Of a stretch of 64,000 bases of DNA, positions 15,629 to 26,247 are shown piece by piece. Position numbers and translations under genes: made by a program. Origin of the DNA: an uncultured Thermoplasmatales archaeon (GTDB lineage: Archaea; Thermoplasmatota; SW-10-69-26); contig CAYNEI010000009.1 of the NCBI GenBank assembly GCA_964396185.1, forward strand, positions 3,057 to 67,056, in the 5' to 3' direction. Positions within the stretch are counted from its first letter, which is position 1, and each line of letters begins with the position of its first letter. The notes under the pieces were generated by a model that was not told the DNA's origin, made no database searches, and worked only from the letters and a program-made list of their open reading frames with translations.

Positions 15629-16800
15629 CTGAGGGCCACCTCTGCTAGCTTGGCAAACCCGATGGCCGAGCCCAGCATGGAGCCGAGGTTGGTGAGGGCT
15701 GCTACGAGGAGCACGCGCACGAGCCGGTTGCGCCGCATGTCCGCGAAGGTTTCGATCTTGGAGAGGCCCTCGACGTCGCCCACGGTGGGCTCCCGGCGCC
15801 AGGCTTCCACCGCACCAGCGAACCAGCCAGCGGCAAGGGCCGGGTTGAGGCTGGTCAGCGGTGATGCCAGGAAGGCTACGATGATGGCCAGGATGTGCCC
15901 GCCGGCGATGGCACACCCCAGCGCGGCCGGGATGCCGCTGATGATGAAGTAGTAGAGGAACCCCCGGCCGAGGTCGCTGAAATCGCCCGAGACGAAGCCC
16001 TGGTAGCCGAGCCAGCCGAACAGGCCCAAGATGGCCACGGCCATGCCCCAAGCGATGGTCTTGCCCCAGGGGAACTTGGTGGACCTCGTGCTACGCAGCG
16101 CATCCAAGTCGGCTCGCTCGTGGGCCTCGAGCTGGCGTTGCACCCCGCGCAGGTGGCCCGCGCCGAGCACGGCGACCACGAGCCCCTCGTGTTCATCGGC
16201 GGTCTCCTGGATGCGCGTGCTCATGTAGCTGTCGCGCTCGTCGATGAGCACGTGGCTAGCCGACGGCGCGGTCTCCGCCAGCTCCTCCATGGCAGCCGTG
16301 AGCACATCCTCCTGGAGCAGCTTGTCGATCTCCTCAGGGTCGAACTCCTCGGGGTCCTCCATGGCCACGCTGGCCTTGAGGATCTCCCACGTGATGCGCA
16401 TCTTCTCCCGGAACCCCATGGCCTGGAAGGCCCGGCGCAGCGTGATGCCCACCTCGCGGTCGGCCAGCACGACCTCGGCCCCGATCTCCCCGGCGACCTC
16501 CACGGCCGCGAGCAGCTCGGCGCCCGGCTGGACGCCGGTGGCCTCACCGATGCGCCGCTGGTAGGAGCCCAGCAAGACCTGGGCGAGCAGCTGGGGTCCC
16601 TTGCCCTCACGGATGAGGTCGAGCACCGGGATCTCGGCCCACGCTGTGGGGTCCTGGAGCGCTTGGAGCCGGGGCTCGTCGAGCTCGACGCACACGACGG
16701 TGGGCTGGAGCTCCCGGATCGTGTCGCGGACCTCCTCGACGCTCTTGGGCGAGACGTGGGCGGTGCCGACCAGGGTGACGTTCCCGGTGGTGACGCGCAA
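15625..16800 (-). CDS. TraB/PrgY/GumN-family protein with C-terminal TM domain
   Basis: VTLVGTAHVS, VCVELD, IDERDSYM, VLGAGHLRGV, then four hydrophobic helices. Start assigned to the TTG at 16800, about 26 nt downstream of an AT-rich box. The upstream 144 aa of the ORF are Arg/Pro/Gly/Ala read-through. Confidence 0.75.
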   Translation of the reverse strand: MRVTTGNVTLVGTAHVSPKSVEEVRDTIRELQPTVVCVELDEPRLQALQDPTAWAEIPVLDLIREGKGPQLLAQVLLGSYQRRIGEATGVQPGAELLAAVEVAGEIGAEVVLADREVGITLRRAFQAMGFREKMRITWEILKASVAMEDPEEFDPEEIDKLLQEDVLTAAMEELAETAPSASHVLIDERDSYMSTRIQETADEHEGLVVAVLGAGHLRGVQRQLEAHERADLDALRSTRSTKFPWGKTIAWGMAVAILGLFGWLGYQGFVSGDFSDLGRGFLYYFIISGIPAALGCAIAGGHILAIIVAFLASPLTSLNPALAAGWFAGAVEAWRREPTVGDVEGLSKIETFADMRRNRLVRVLLVAALTNLGSMLGSAIGFAKLAEVALR

Positions 16801-16826
16801 CGTGCCCGGACCACGAGGCCCCTTGA

Positions 16827-17219
16827 TAACACTACTTGTCCGCGGCGGCTGAGCCCGCGTCGGCGTGGGCGCTAGGACCCGCCAGGAGCGGGAGGCCGCG
16901 CCGGCAGGCGCGGAAACCAGCGCACACCAGTGCGCACCTCGATGGTCCCCCAGCGTACCGTCGACGGACGCTGGCCGAGCCTCCGGCTCGGCCGCGCCGG
17001 CGCTAGGCCCTGCGGGCCTGGCGCGCCGGCCGCGACGCCGCGCGTCCAGCGCCCACGCCGACCCCAAAGGGCCGAGACGCCAGGGGCTCGATGCGCCGAG
17101 CGCGTCAGGCTTCGTCGCTGGGTCCTCGAAAGGGCCTCCGACCCTTCCTTGCGGTCCAGCTCCTTGCCCTCGAACCCCTGGTGTCCGGCGCGGGCCAGCA
17201 CCGCGGGGAAGTAGTGTTA
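16827..17219. other. very GC-rich, hairpin-dense spacer bounded by an 11-bp inverted AT-rich box
   Basis: TAACACTACTT (16827-16837) and AAGTAGTGTTA (17209-17219). Internal 12-bp long-range complement GGCGTGGGCGCT (16862) / AGCGCCCACGCC (17048). Several 6-9 bp local stems. No credible coding frame. Confidence 0.6.
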
Positions 17220-17297
17220 GACATAACGGCACCGGTCGCCGCCTTCGGCGGCGGCGTATCGCACAACGCTTTTCAGCCTCGGGCGGGTGACCCGCGT

Positions 17298-17834
17298 ATG
17301 CGACGCTGCCTGGCTGGGTTGCTCGGCCTGCTGGTCCTCCTCTCCTTGTTCGCCCCCTCCACCGGGGCCCAGGAGGACGACGAGGTCCTGCGCACCCTGG
17401 AGGTGCAGCTCATGGACGAGGGCTGCCCAGAGGGCGCCGACCGGTTCTGCATCTCCCCTGCCGAGATCGAGCTGGAGGAAGGCCACACGCTCGTGCTTGA
17501 GATCACCAACGAAGGCCGGGTCAGCCACAATCTCACCTTCGCGCCTGGCACCCCAGCGCCCCTGGCAGACCACGGCATGAACGGGACCCTGGCACCCAAC
17601 GAGACCGTCGAGCTGCGCCTACCCTGGAGCGCCATCGAGGAGGCCTTCGAACAGAGCGGTCAGAGCGAGCTCGTGCTCCAGTGCGGCGTGGACGGGCACG
17701 CGACCTTGGGCGAGCGCATCGTGTTGACCGTGGCCGAGTCGATGCAGGGCGAGGAGCGCCCACAGCCCGGCCCGGGCGCGGTGCTCGCGCTGGCCGTGTT
17801 GATCGCTGTGGCGGCGCTTGTGCGCCGGCGATGA
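17298..17834 (+). CDS. cupredoxin-like (type 1 copper-like) protein with signal peptide and PG-type C-terminal anchor
   Basis: Signal peptide LLGLLVLLSLFAPSTGAQ. Ligand-like pattern SHNLTF ... QCGVDGHATL (His, Cys, His; Leu where Met is usual). The tail is PGPGAVLALAVLIAVAALVRRR. Confidence 0.65.
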   Translation: MRRCLAGLLGLLVLLSLFAPSTGAQEDDEVLRTLEVQLMDEGCPEGADRFCISPAEIELEEGHTLVLEITNEGRVSHNLTFAPGTPAPLADHGMNGTLAPNETVELRLPWSAIEEAFEQSGQSELVLQCGVDGHATLGERIVLTVAESMQGEERPQPGPGAVLALAVLIAVAALVRRR

Positions 17835-17849
17835 GCCGCGCCGGCAAGT

Positions 17850-18605
17850 TCAGGGCGGGCCGAGCTGGTCAGCGAAGCCCGCTGCAGCCTTGGCCGCTGC
17901 CTCAGGGAAGCTGCCCTCGGCCTGGCTGATGCCCCGGGAGACGTTGACCAGGAAGGGGCCGCCGCTGGCTGCCTGGGCGGCCAGGTCTGCATGGCCACCC
18001 TGGGCGCCGATCCCGGGCAGAAGCAGCGGGGCGTCGCCTGCGCTCTGCCGGACACCGCGCACCACTTCTGGGTCGTTGCCGGGAGCCACGAAGCCAGCAC
18101 CACGCACAGCGAAGAGCTGGATGACGCGCCCAGCTACGCCGCCCTGGATCTTGACCGCGCTCGGGTTGGTCGTGCGTGCGAGCACGAAGACGCCGAGCCC
18201 CTCGTCGAGGAAGGGATCGAGCACGTCTGTGCCCATGTAGGGGTTGAGCGTGACCGCGTCAGCGCCGACGACCTCGCGCGCGAACCGCGCGTACGCGGTG
18301 GCGGTGGAGCCGATGTCGGCGAACTTGGCATCAAGCAGGGTGAGCGCTCCAGTGCGCTTGGCAGCGTCCACCGTGGCTTCCAGGGCCTCGATGCCGGGGG
18401 GACCCATTTGGAGGAAGAAGGCGAGGTTCGGCTTGAAGGCCGCCGCGTGCTCGCTGGTGGCCTCCACCAGGTCCAGGCACCACTGTTGGAAACCTGCTGG
18501 CTCGTCGTACTCGGCCGGGAAGGCCTCCGGGCGGGGGTCGATGCCGACGCAGAGGTGACCGCGCTCGGCGTTGACCCGCTTGACATCCTCGCTCAGGGAG
18601 ACCAA
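17850..18605 (-). CDS. pyrF: orotidine 5'-phosphate decarboxylase (type 2)
   Basis: CVGIDP, LLDAKFADIGST (DxKxxDI), LPGIGAQGG, VNVSRGI. TTG start 10 nt after the aIF5A stop. Confidence 0.85.
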   Translation of the reverse strand: MVSLSEDVKRVNAERGHLCVGIDPRPEAFPAEYDEPAGFQQWCLDLVEATSEHAAAFKPNLAFFLQMGPPGIEALEATVDAAKRTGALTLLDAKFADIGSTATAYARFAREVVGADAVTLNPYMGTDVLDPFLDEGLGVFVLARTTNPSAVKIQGGVAGRVIQLFAVRGAGFVAPGNDPEVVRGVRQSAGDAPLLLPGIGAQGGHADLAAQAASGGPFLVNVSRGISQAEGSFPEAAAKAAAGFADQLGPP

Positions 18606-18615
18606 AGTGGGCCTC

Positions 18616-19002
18616 TCAGGCGCGGGTGATCAGGCGCCGGCCCATGGCCTCGAGGTAGGAGACCTCTTGGCCTGGCTCGATGTCGTCCTTGAAGTCCGCG
18701 GGCATCTTGAGCTCGAAGGTCTCGTAGGAGGCCATGTCCATGAGCTGGATGACATCGCCTGTGACCGAGACGACCTGGGCGCTCTTCTTATCGATCATGG
18801 GGACCTGGACGCGCTCGGTCACGGGCGCGCTCATGTTCCGTTTGGAGCCGTCGAAGATGCCGACCGCTTCGATCTTGGCCTTCGCGCTGCCATGCTTACC
18901 GGGCTTGGCGGTGGAGATCGATTTGATCTTGCAGGGTTCCCCGTCGATGACGACGTAGCGCCCTTCTCGGAGCTGTCGGACTTCCGCGGTCGTCGTACTC
19001 AT
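18616..19002 (-). CDS. eif5a: translation initiation factor 5A (aIF5A)
   Basis: Hypusination loop STAKPGKHGSAKA, followed by an OB-fold C-terminal half. 128 aa from the ATG at 19002. Confidence 0.92.
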   Translation of the reverse strand: MSTTTAEVRQLREGRYVVIDGEPCKIKSISTAKPGKHGSAKAKIEAVGIFDGSKRNMSAPVTERVQVPMIDKKSAQVVSVTGDVIQLMDMASYETFELKMPADFKDDIEPGQEVSYLEAMGRRLITRA

Positions 19003-19330
19003 CGTGGCTCGATGCGGGCAAGGGCACTCTTGGGTTAAGCCTTTCCGCCCAGCTTTTTCTTTGTCGGGCCACCAGGGACCCGCGGCCGGCGCAAAGAAAA
19101 AGTTGGCAAACAAGAAACGCCGGCCGCGCGCTTCCCGTGGCCCAAGGACGCAAGGCGGGTGAGAGGGAGGCGTGAGATGTCGCTATCCGAGAATCTCTGC
19201 GCTTGAAATCGCCTTGTCTTCGGCGCTGCTGGGTCTTCGCTTGCGCCCGCGCTGTTCGTCGTTCTCTGTGGCCCGTCGCGGTGAACCTCGGTTGGGTTGC
19301 GGCCCTGGCGGCCGCCCCAGATACCGCGGA

Positions 19331-20911
19331 TCACGAAGGCCCAGCCACAGCCTGCCGGAGCCGCTCGAGCACCCAGTCCCGCTCCATGCCGGCCAGGAAC
19401 GGGCCCAGACGCGGGCCTCGGCCGGTGCCCAGCACGGCCAGATAGGCCGCCTTGAAGATGGAGCCCGCGCCTGTGTCGGTCTGCTCGGCGGCTTGGTAGA
19501 CGGCGTTTTGGACGCTGTCTGCGTCCCAGTGGACATCCTCCAGGGCTTCCAGGAAGGCTTGCAGGCGTTCCCGGTGGATGTCCTGGAGCAGCCCGTGGGG
19601 GACCTCGTCGGGGAGCTCGAACTTCACCATGTCCGGGGCGAAGGAGGCGATCCAGTTGCGGGTGTGCTCTATGCGCAGGCGCAGGAGGTCCTCCTCGGCC
19701 TTCGTGATCTCATCGAGGTCCCCGCTGCGTCGCACGCTTGCCAGCACGGCGTCGGTCTCGTCGTAGAGCTGGACGAGGGTGGCCAGGTGGCGCATGGGGA
19801 CGCTCTGGCCAGGACGCTCGGGTAGCTGGCCGGTGGGTTGGCTGAGCCAAAGCACGCGCTCGACGTCGTTGATCTCCTGACTCTCACCTTGCTCGTGCCA
19901 GTCCACGAGCGTGCGATCGTATTCGTCCACCAGGTCCAGGATGCCCATGCCTGGGTCGAACTCCACGTGCTTGGCGGGCTGGTAGCGCATGAACAGGAAC
20001 CGCAGGGCCTCTGGAGGCGTGACGTCGAGCACGTCCTCGGCAGCGATCCCGGTGCCTGTGGAGGAGTGCATGGCGCCTTCGCCCTTGACGTGGATGAACT
20101 CGTAGGTCGTGTGGTGCGGGGGCTCGTGGTCGAAGACCTGGCGAGCGATGGGCTGGGCGGTATCCCAGCTGCCGCCGCTGGCGGCGTGGTCCTTGCCGAA
20201 GGCCTCGAACGTGACACCCAGGAACGACCAGCGGGCCGGCCAGTCCACGCGCCAGGCGAGCTTGCCGATGCCAGGCTCCCGGATATCCACGCTGCCCTCG
20301 TGACCACACGCGCACATGTACTCCACCTCCGGGTACTCGTAGAGCACTGGCGTCGTGGCTGAGATGGAGCCGCAGGCTTGGCAGCGCACGTTGAGCGGGA
20401 TCCATGTCGGTTCGAGATCGCGCCCGGAGACCTCGGTCAGGATCCCCCGGATGAGCTCGGCGCTGGCCATGGCCTTCTCGATGCTTTCGGCATAGGCTCC
20501 GCCCTCGTAGAGCTCGTGGGCCAGCTTGACCTCAGGCCGGATGCCCAGGTCCTCTAGCGCGCCCAGGAATGGCTCGAGGAAGTGGTGGGCGTAGCTCTCA
20601 TGCTCGCTGCAGGGGCAGGGGATCGCGGAGAGGGGCTGGCCGACGTGGGCCTCGTAGTCGATGCCCGCCGTGTTGACCGCCGGGTCCTCGAGGAACGGGG
20701 AGACCTTGCGCAGCGGGTCGTAGGTGTCCCCGATGTAGAGCAGGGTCGAGTTGCCTCCGAGATCCTCTAGAGAGCGGTGCACGGCCTCGGTGGTCGCCAC
20801 CTCGCGCAGGTTGCCCACATGGATCGGTCCCGACGGGGTGATCCCCGTGGCCAGCGTGTGGGTCGAGGCTTGCTCGAGGAGCTCCCGGGCCAGGACGTCT
20901 GCCCAATGCAT
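19331..20911 (-). CDS. lysK: lysyl-tRNA synthetase, class I
   Basis: TPSGPIHVGNLREV (HIGH-type), a Cys cluster (CQACG...CACGH), and the length and architecture of archaeal class I LysRS. Confidence 0.9.
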   Translation of the reverse strand: MHWADVLARELLEQASTHTLATGITPSGPIHVGNLREVATTEAVHRSLEDLGGNSTLLYIGDTYDPLRKVSPFLEDPAVNTAGIDYEAHVGQPLSAIPCPCSEHESYAHHFLEPFLGALEDLGIRPEVKLAHELYEGGAYAESIEKAMASAELIRGILTEVSGRDLEPTWIPLNVRCQACGSISATTPVLYEYPEVEYMCACGHEGSVDIREPGIGKLAWRVDWPARWSFLGVTFEAFGKDHAASGGSWDTAQPIARQVFDHEPPHHTTYEFIHVKGEGAMHSSTGTGIAAEDVLDVTPPEALRFLFMRYQPAKHVEFDPGMGILDLVDEYDRTLVDWHEQGESQEINDVERVLWLSQPTGQLPERPGQSVPMRHLATLVQLYDETDAVLASVRRSGDLDEITKAEEDLLRLRIEHTRNWIASFAPDMVKFELPDEVPHGLLQDIHRERLQAFLEALEDVHWDADSVQNAVYQAAEQTDTGAGSIFKAAYLAVLGTGRGPRLGPFLAGMERDWVLERLRQAVAGPS

Positions 20912-21004
20912 CAGCCCCCCAAGGGGACCCCGCTCTTGAGTTTATGCGCTCCACACGCGACCGGGCGCGGCCGCCGAGGTCCTACAGCGAAGTTTTGCCG
21001 AGGG

Positions 21005-21015
21005 GTTAAGTAGTG
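21005..21015 (+). promoter_or_regulatory. AT-rich box GTTAAGTAGTG about 25 nt upstream of the cold-shock gene
   Basis: The same GTTAAGTAG core lies about 27 nt upstream of thrS (39582-39590). Related AAGTAGTGTTA boxes are at 16827 and 17209. Confidence 0.5.
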
Positions 21016-21034
21016 GTCAGAGCTCTGTAGGGCC

Positions 21035-21229
21035 ATGGCCTCCGGTACGGTCAGGTTCTTCCATGATCGGAAGGGCTACGGTTTCATCGAGACAGACGAC
21101 GCAGACGACGACATCTTCTTCCATGTCGATGACCTCGGCGGGGAAGAACCCCAAGAGGGTCAGCAGGTCACGTTCGATATCGAACAGGCACCTCGCGGCC
21201 CGCGCGCGAAGAACATCGAGTTCGCCTAG
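21035..21229 (+). CDS. csp: cold-shock domain protein
   Basis: GTVRFFHDRKGYGFIE and IFFHV (RNP1/RNP2-like motifs), 64 aa. Confidence 0.9.
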   Translation: MASGTVRFFHDRKGYGFIETDDADDDIFFHVDDLGGEEPQEGQQVTFDIEQAPRGPRAKNIEFA

Positions 21230-21336
21230 AGCCCATTCATCACCAGAGGCTCAGGGCGTTCTCTGAGCCGCCGGGCCCTAGCGGTCCCGCGTCAGTGCTT
21301 CGTCCGCTGCCGCGTGGCCGCCGGCCCGCGATTTCT

Positions 21337-21510
21337 CTACTCCTCCGAATCGTCCTCAGATGACTCTTGGAACTCCGTGTAGCCACAGGCACCGCACGCG
21401 GTCCGGTTCGGGTGCTCGGCCATGAAGACGCCGGGCCCGCACTTGGGGCAGGCCTTGCGCTTGCGAACCAGCTCGTCGCCATCGATCTCGTAGAGCTCTC
21501 GCTTGTTCAT
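21337..21510 (-). CDS. rps27ae: 30S ribosomal protein S27ae (eS31), zinc ribbon
   Basis: Not in the ORF track (57 aa). My translation is [57 protein letters not shown]. It has CPKCG...CGACG knuckles and sits directly after rps24e, as in other archaea. Confidence 0.85.
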   Translation of the reverse strand: MNKRELYEIDGDELVRKRKACPKCGPGVFMAEHPNRTACGACGYTEFQESSEDDSEE

Positions 21511-21512
21511 CC

Positions 21513-21806
21513 TCAGGCCTCCTCGGTGATCAGGCCGTTGCGGGCCAAGAGGTGCTTGGGCTCGGTCTCGAGCGCGGCCTCCTTGGTCTCGTAGAGCTTG
21601 GCGTACCCCTTGGTGCTGGAGCGGCCGTACTCCGTGTTGAGACGGTCCACGATCACGTTGTCCTTGCTCCCTCCGAGCGCGTCTGCCACGACACCGCGGA
21701 CCGCGTCCCGGGTGGGCGTGGTCTCTCCAGGGTGGTGGAGGACGAACTCGAGCTCTACCCGCTTGAGCAGCGGGTTCTCACGCTTGTTCTTGGTTTCCAT
21801 TTGCAT
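21513..21806 (-). CDS. rps24e: 30S ribosomal protein S24e
   Basis: [27 protein letters not shown]...[13 protein letters not shown] matches the S24e family. Confidence 0.9.
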   Translation of the reverse strand: MQMETKNKRENPLLKRVELEFVLHHPGETTPTRDAVRGVVADALGGSKDNVIVDRLNTEYGRSSTKGYAKLYETKEAALETEPKHLLARNGLITEEA

Positions 21807-21807
21807 C

Positions 21808-22302
21808 TCAGACGACCTCCATCTGAGCGAGCACGTCGAGGGCCCGCTCTCGGGTGATCTGATCGACGGTGACGACCACGGCTCCCTCGTCCGGCTGACC
21901 GTACACGACGTTGGCGCCTTCGGGAGCGTGGACGATGGCTGGCAAGGTGGCTAGATCCTCCTCGCCGTCCACTTCGATGAGCGTGCAGGATGCGTTGGCA
22001 TACGCCGTGGCCACGGCTTGCCAGAGCGCATCGGTGATGCGTGCTGCCGGGTTCTCGACAGGCACGCGGTGAAGTTGATCGGGCAGGTCCAGGGGGTCGG
22101 CTTGCTCGGTCCGCTTGGTCTTGCCGTCGATGATCATGACCTCGGGCAGCACGTCGGCCTCCAGGGCATCACGTGTGACCACGTCGCCTACGGTGGCGAT
22201 GGGGCCCTCCCCGAGCGCGTCGGTGAACTCCCCCGAGATCACTGGCCCGAAAGGCTCCTTGAGAGCGGTTCGCAGCGAGTCGGGGAGGATGTACATCAAC
22301 AA
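21808..22302 (-). CDS. DUF359/COG1909 protein (GTP-dependent dephospho-CoA kinase family)
   Basis: LKEPFG, VGDVV, IIDGKTKR motifs. Conserved archaeal position between spt4 and rps24e. TTG start, with an ATG alternative at 22296. Confidence 0.75.
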   Translation of the reverse strand: MLMYILPDSLRTALKEPFGPVISGEFTDALGEGPIATVGDVVTRDALEADVLPEVMIIDGKTKRTEQADPLDLPDQLHRVPVENPAARITDALWQAVATAYANASCTLIEVDGEEDLATLPAIVHAPEGANVVYGQPDEGAVVVTVDQITRERALDVLAQMEVV

Positions 22303-22315
22303 GCCCCCTCACACA

Positions 22316-22504
22316 TCAGCGCACCTTCAGCGCGTACTTCCCGGGCGTTTCGATGCCCATCTTCTGGGCGATCATGGACTGCTCGTGGTCGAGGATGATC
22401 ACGTAGCCCAGGTAGTCCTTGGACAGATCCGTGCTCTGGCAGGCCGGGCACTCCTCACTGTTGGTGATGGTGTGGCACTGGCGGCACGCGAGCTCTTTGC
22501 TCAC
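22316..22504 (-). CDS. spt4: transcription elongation factor Spt4 / RpoE''
   Basis: 62 aa with zinc ribbon CRQC...CPAC and C-terminal GKYALKV. Overlaps the rpo7 stop by 4 nt. Confidence 0.88.
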   Translation of the reverse strand: MSKELACRQCHTITNSEECPACQSTDLSKDYLGYVIILDHEQSMIAQKMGIETPGKYALKVR

Positions 22505-23163
22505 GCTTCGGCCTCCTGTTCCTCTTCAGCGGCGTCCTCGTCGTCATCGTCGCCGGACTGCGCCTTGCGTTGGAGCTCCTTCTCGATCTCCGTGGCGCCG
22601 ACGGCGGTGTCGATGGGGACCCCGATGTCCTCCTCGAGCCACTCGAACTTGCCGAGACCGTCCTGGCGCATGGTGAGACCGATGCGGGACTCTCGCGGGC
22701 TAACCTCGTTGAGGCTCACGGTCACAAGCCGGGCCCGGACCTTGTCGCCCAAGCCAAGCGTGCGGCCGCTCTCCTTGCCCACCAGGCGCTGGTTGCCCAG
22801 GTCGACGTTGAGGAAGTCGTTGAGGATCTGGCTCATGTGGAGCAGGCCGTCCAGGGGCCCGAACCGTAGGAACGCGCCGAACTCGGCGACCTCGCAGATC
22901 GTGCCCTCGACGAGCTCACCGACGTCCGGCTTGAACGTGAGCGCCTTGAACTTGACCCGCTGGTAGACGCCTCCGTCGCCGTGGATCACGCGCCCGGGGC
23001 CTTCCCGGTTGACATCCGTGGCCAGCACGAGGAAGCCGCGCTCCTTGGAGAGGCGGCCCTCGAACGTCTTCCACACGAGCTCCTTGACGACCTGGTCTGG
23101 GTCGCGGTGGAGCTCGTCGGGCGGGATGCGCACCGTGTCCTCGATCTCAGCGAGCCAGTACAT
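22501..23163 (-). CDS. rpoE: DNA-directed RNA polymerase subunit Rpo7 (E')
   Basis: [16 protein letters not shown]-terminal domain plus an S1 domain ([28 protein letters not shown]), then an unusual acidic tail. ATG at 23163; the upstream 38 codons of the ORF are rejected. Confidence 0.88.
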   Translation of the reverse strand: MYWLAEIEDTVRIPPDELHRDPDQVVKELVWKTFEGRLSKERGFLVLATDVNREGPGRVIHGDGGVYQRVKFKALTFKPDVGELVEGTICEVAEFGAFLRFGPLDGLLHMSQILNDFLNVDLGNQRLVGKESGRTLGLGDKVRARLVTVSLNEVSPRESRIGLTMRQDGLGKFEWLEEDIGVPIDTAVGATEIEKELQRKAQSGDDDDEDAAEEEQEAEA

Positions 23164-23165
23164 GG

Positions 23166-25328
<2,163 letters not shown>

Positions 25329-25336
25329 CGATCTGC

Positions 25337-25350
25337 GGGCCTATAGGCCC
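25337..25350 (-). promoter_or_regulatory. perfect 14-bp palindrome GGGCCTATAGGCCC, candidate TATA region of hppA
   Basis: Self-complementary with a central TATA. About 26 nt upstream of the ATG at 25319. Confidence 0.45.
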
Positions 25351-25473
25351 GGGAAGGTGGCCGGGCATTGCAGAGGTCCTATATAAGCGCGGAGGGTGGC
25401 AAGGCACCCGGCGACTGCGGGTCCGGGATCGGGGGGCGCGTGTGCTGGTCCAGAAGCTTGAAGCCGCCCACGC

Positions 25474-26238
25474 GTGTGGAGCAGCGTGGCTGCCCTGCCT
25501 GCCAGCGAGCACCTGTGGCTCACCGAGCCCCGGCGCAAGACGTGCCTAGCCGAGGTGGTGGAGCGCTCCGGGTCGGCCTTCCGGGTGGACCGCGCGTTGT
25601 TCCGGCCGAAGAGCCGTGGCTACCGGCACCCCCAGCGCGCCGACCAGGGCACGGTGTGGGTCCAGGGCGGGGACAAGCACGTGCTCACGACTGCGTTCTG
25701 GCGGGGACGGCGCGTCTGGTACCGCATCGATGGCGATGCACCGAGCGTGGGGGCGCAGCTCCAGTGTCACCTCGACCAGGATCGCCGCGAGCTGGACTCC
25801 CGCTGCCACACCGCCATGCACCTGCTCCTGGCCGCCATGGGCACCGACGGGCCACCGCTGGCCGCGGACCCGGAGGTCAAGGGCGGGGGCCGCTTCCGGC
25901 TTGATCTGCGCACGTGGCAGCTGGATCCCAACGAGCTGGCTGCATGGCTCGAGCACGTCAACGCGTGGATCGAGCAGGACCGCCAGGTCTCCAGGAGCTA
26001 CGTGCCCCGGGATGCCACGAGCCACGCCGTGGAGGAGCAACCCTTCGAGCAGGGCGAGCGGATCCCTGGGCCAGACGGATCCATCGAGGTCGTGGAGATC
26101 GACGGGGTGTGCACCCTCCCGTGCGATGGCACGCACGCCGATCGGACCAGCGAGCTAGGCCGCGTGGTCATGCGCGACCTCGTGAACAAGGGGGACGGCA
26201 CCGTCGTGGTCATCGGCGAGGTCCCCCGGGACCCCTGA
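25474..26238 (+). CDS. AlaX-like tRNA trans-editing domain protein (Thr/Ala-tRNA synthetase SAD family)
   Basis: Zinc-binding pairs CHTAMHLL (HxxxH) and PCDGTHA (CxxxH), characteristic of the AlaRS/ThrRS second additional domain. GTG start. Confidence 0.7.
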   Translation: MWSSVAALPASEHLWLTEPRRKTCLAEVVERSGSAFRVDRALFRPKSRGYRHPQRADQGTVWVQGGDKHVLTTAFWRGRRVWYRIDGDAPSVGAQLQCHLDQDRRELDSRCHTAMHLLLAAMGTDGPPLAADPEVKGGGRFRLDLRTWQLDPNELAAWLEHVNAWIEQDRQVSRSYVPRDATSHAVEEQPFEQGERIPGPDGSIEVVEIDGVCTLPCDGTHADRTSELGRVVMRDLVNKGDGTVVVIGEVPRDP

Positions 26239-26247
26239 GCCCCACGC

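Noticed and set aside
15629-16051. Upstream extension of the M50 protease ORF (363 aa)
   Set aside because: It overlaps the traB-like coding region out of frame. An ATGA-coupled start at 15628 gives a complete S2P.
16838-17208. SRP (7S) RNA or RNase P RNA in the GC-rich spacer
   Set aside because: I looked for the helix-8 signature (GNAR loop followed by GGAGCA/AGCA) and for RNase P CR-I/CR-V (GAAAGUCC, ACAGAA..GGCUUA). Only weak partial resemblances were found (CAGGCCCGCAGGGCC, CGAAAGGGCC). This cannot be decided without a covariance search.
16801-17232. N-terminal 144-aa extension of the TraB-like ORF
   Set aside because: Arg/Pro/Gly/Ala-rich with no family motifs. The TraB signature begins right after the TTG at 16800, which sits about 26 nt from an AT-rich box.
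19331-19345. 12-nt match (CCTTCGTGATCC, minus strand) between the lysK 3' end and the right arm of the 59029 element
   Set aside because: It is short, lies inside a well-supported CDS and has no adjacent periodic units, so it is most likely chance.
25337-25350. Match of GGGCCTATAG to the 5' end of tRNA-Met as another tRNA-derived fragment
   Set aside because: It is only 10 nt, and the sequence is a perfect TATA-centred palindrome at promoter distance from hppA. The promoter explanation is simpler.
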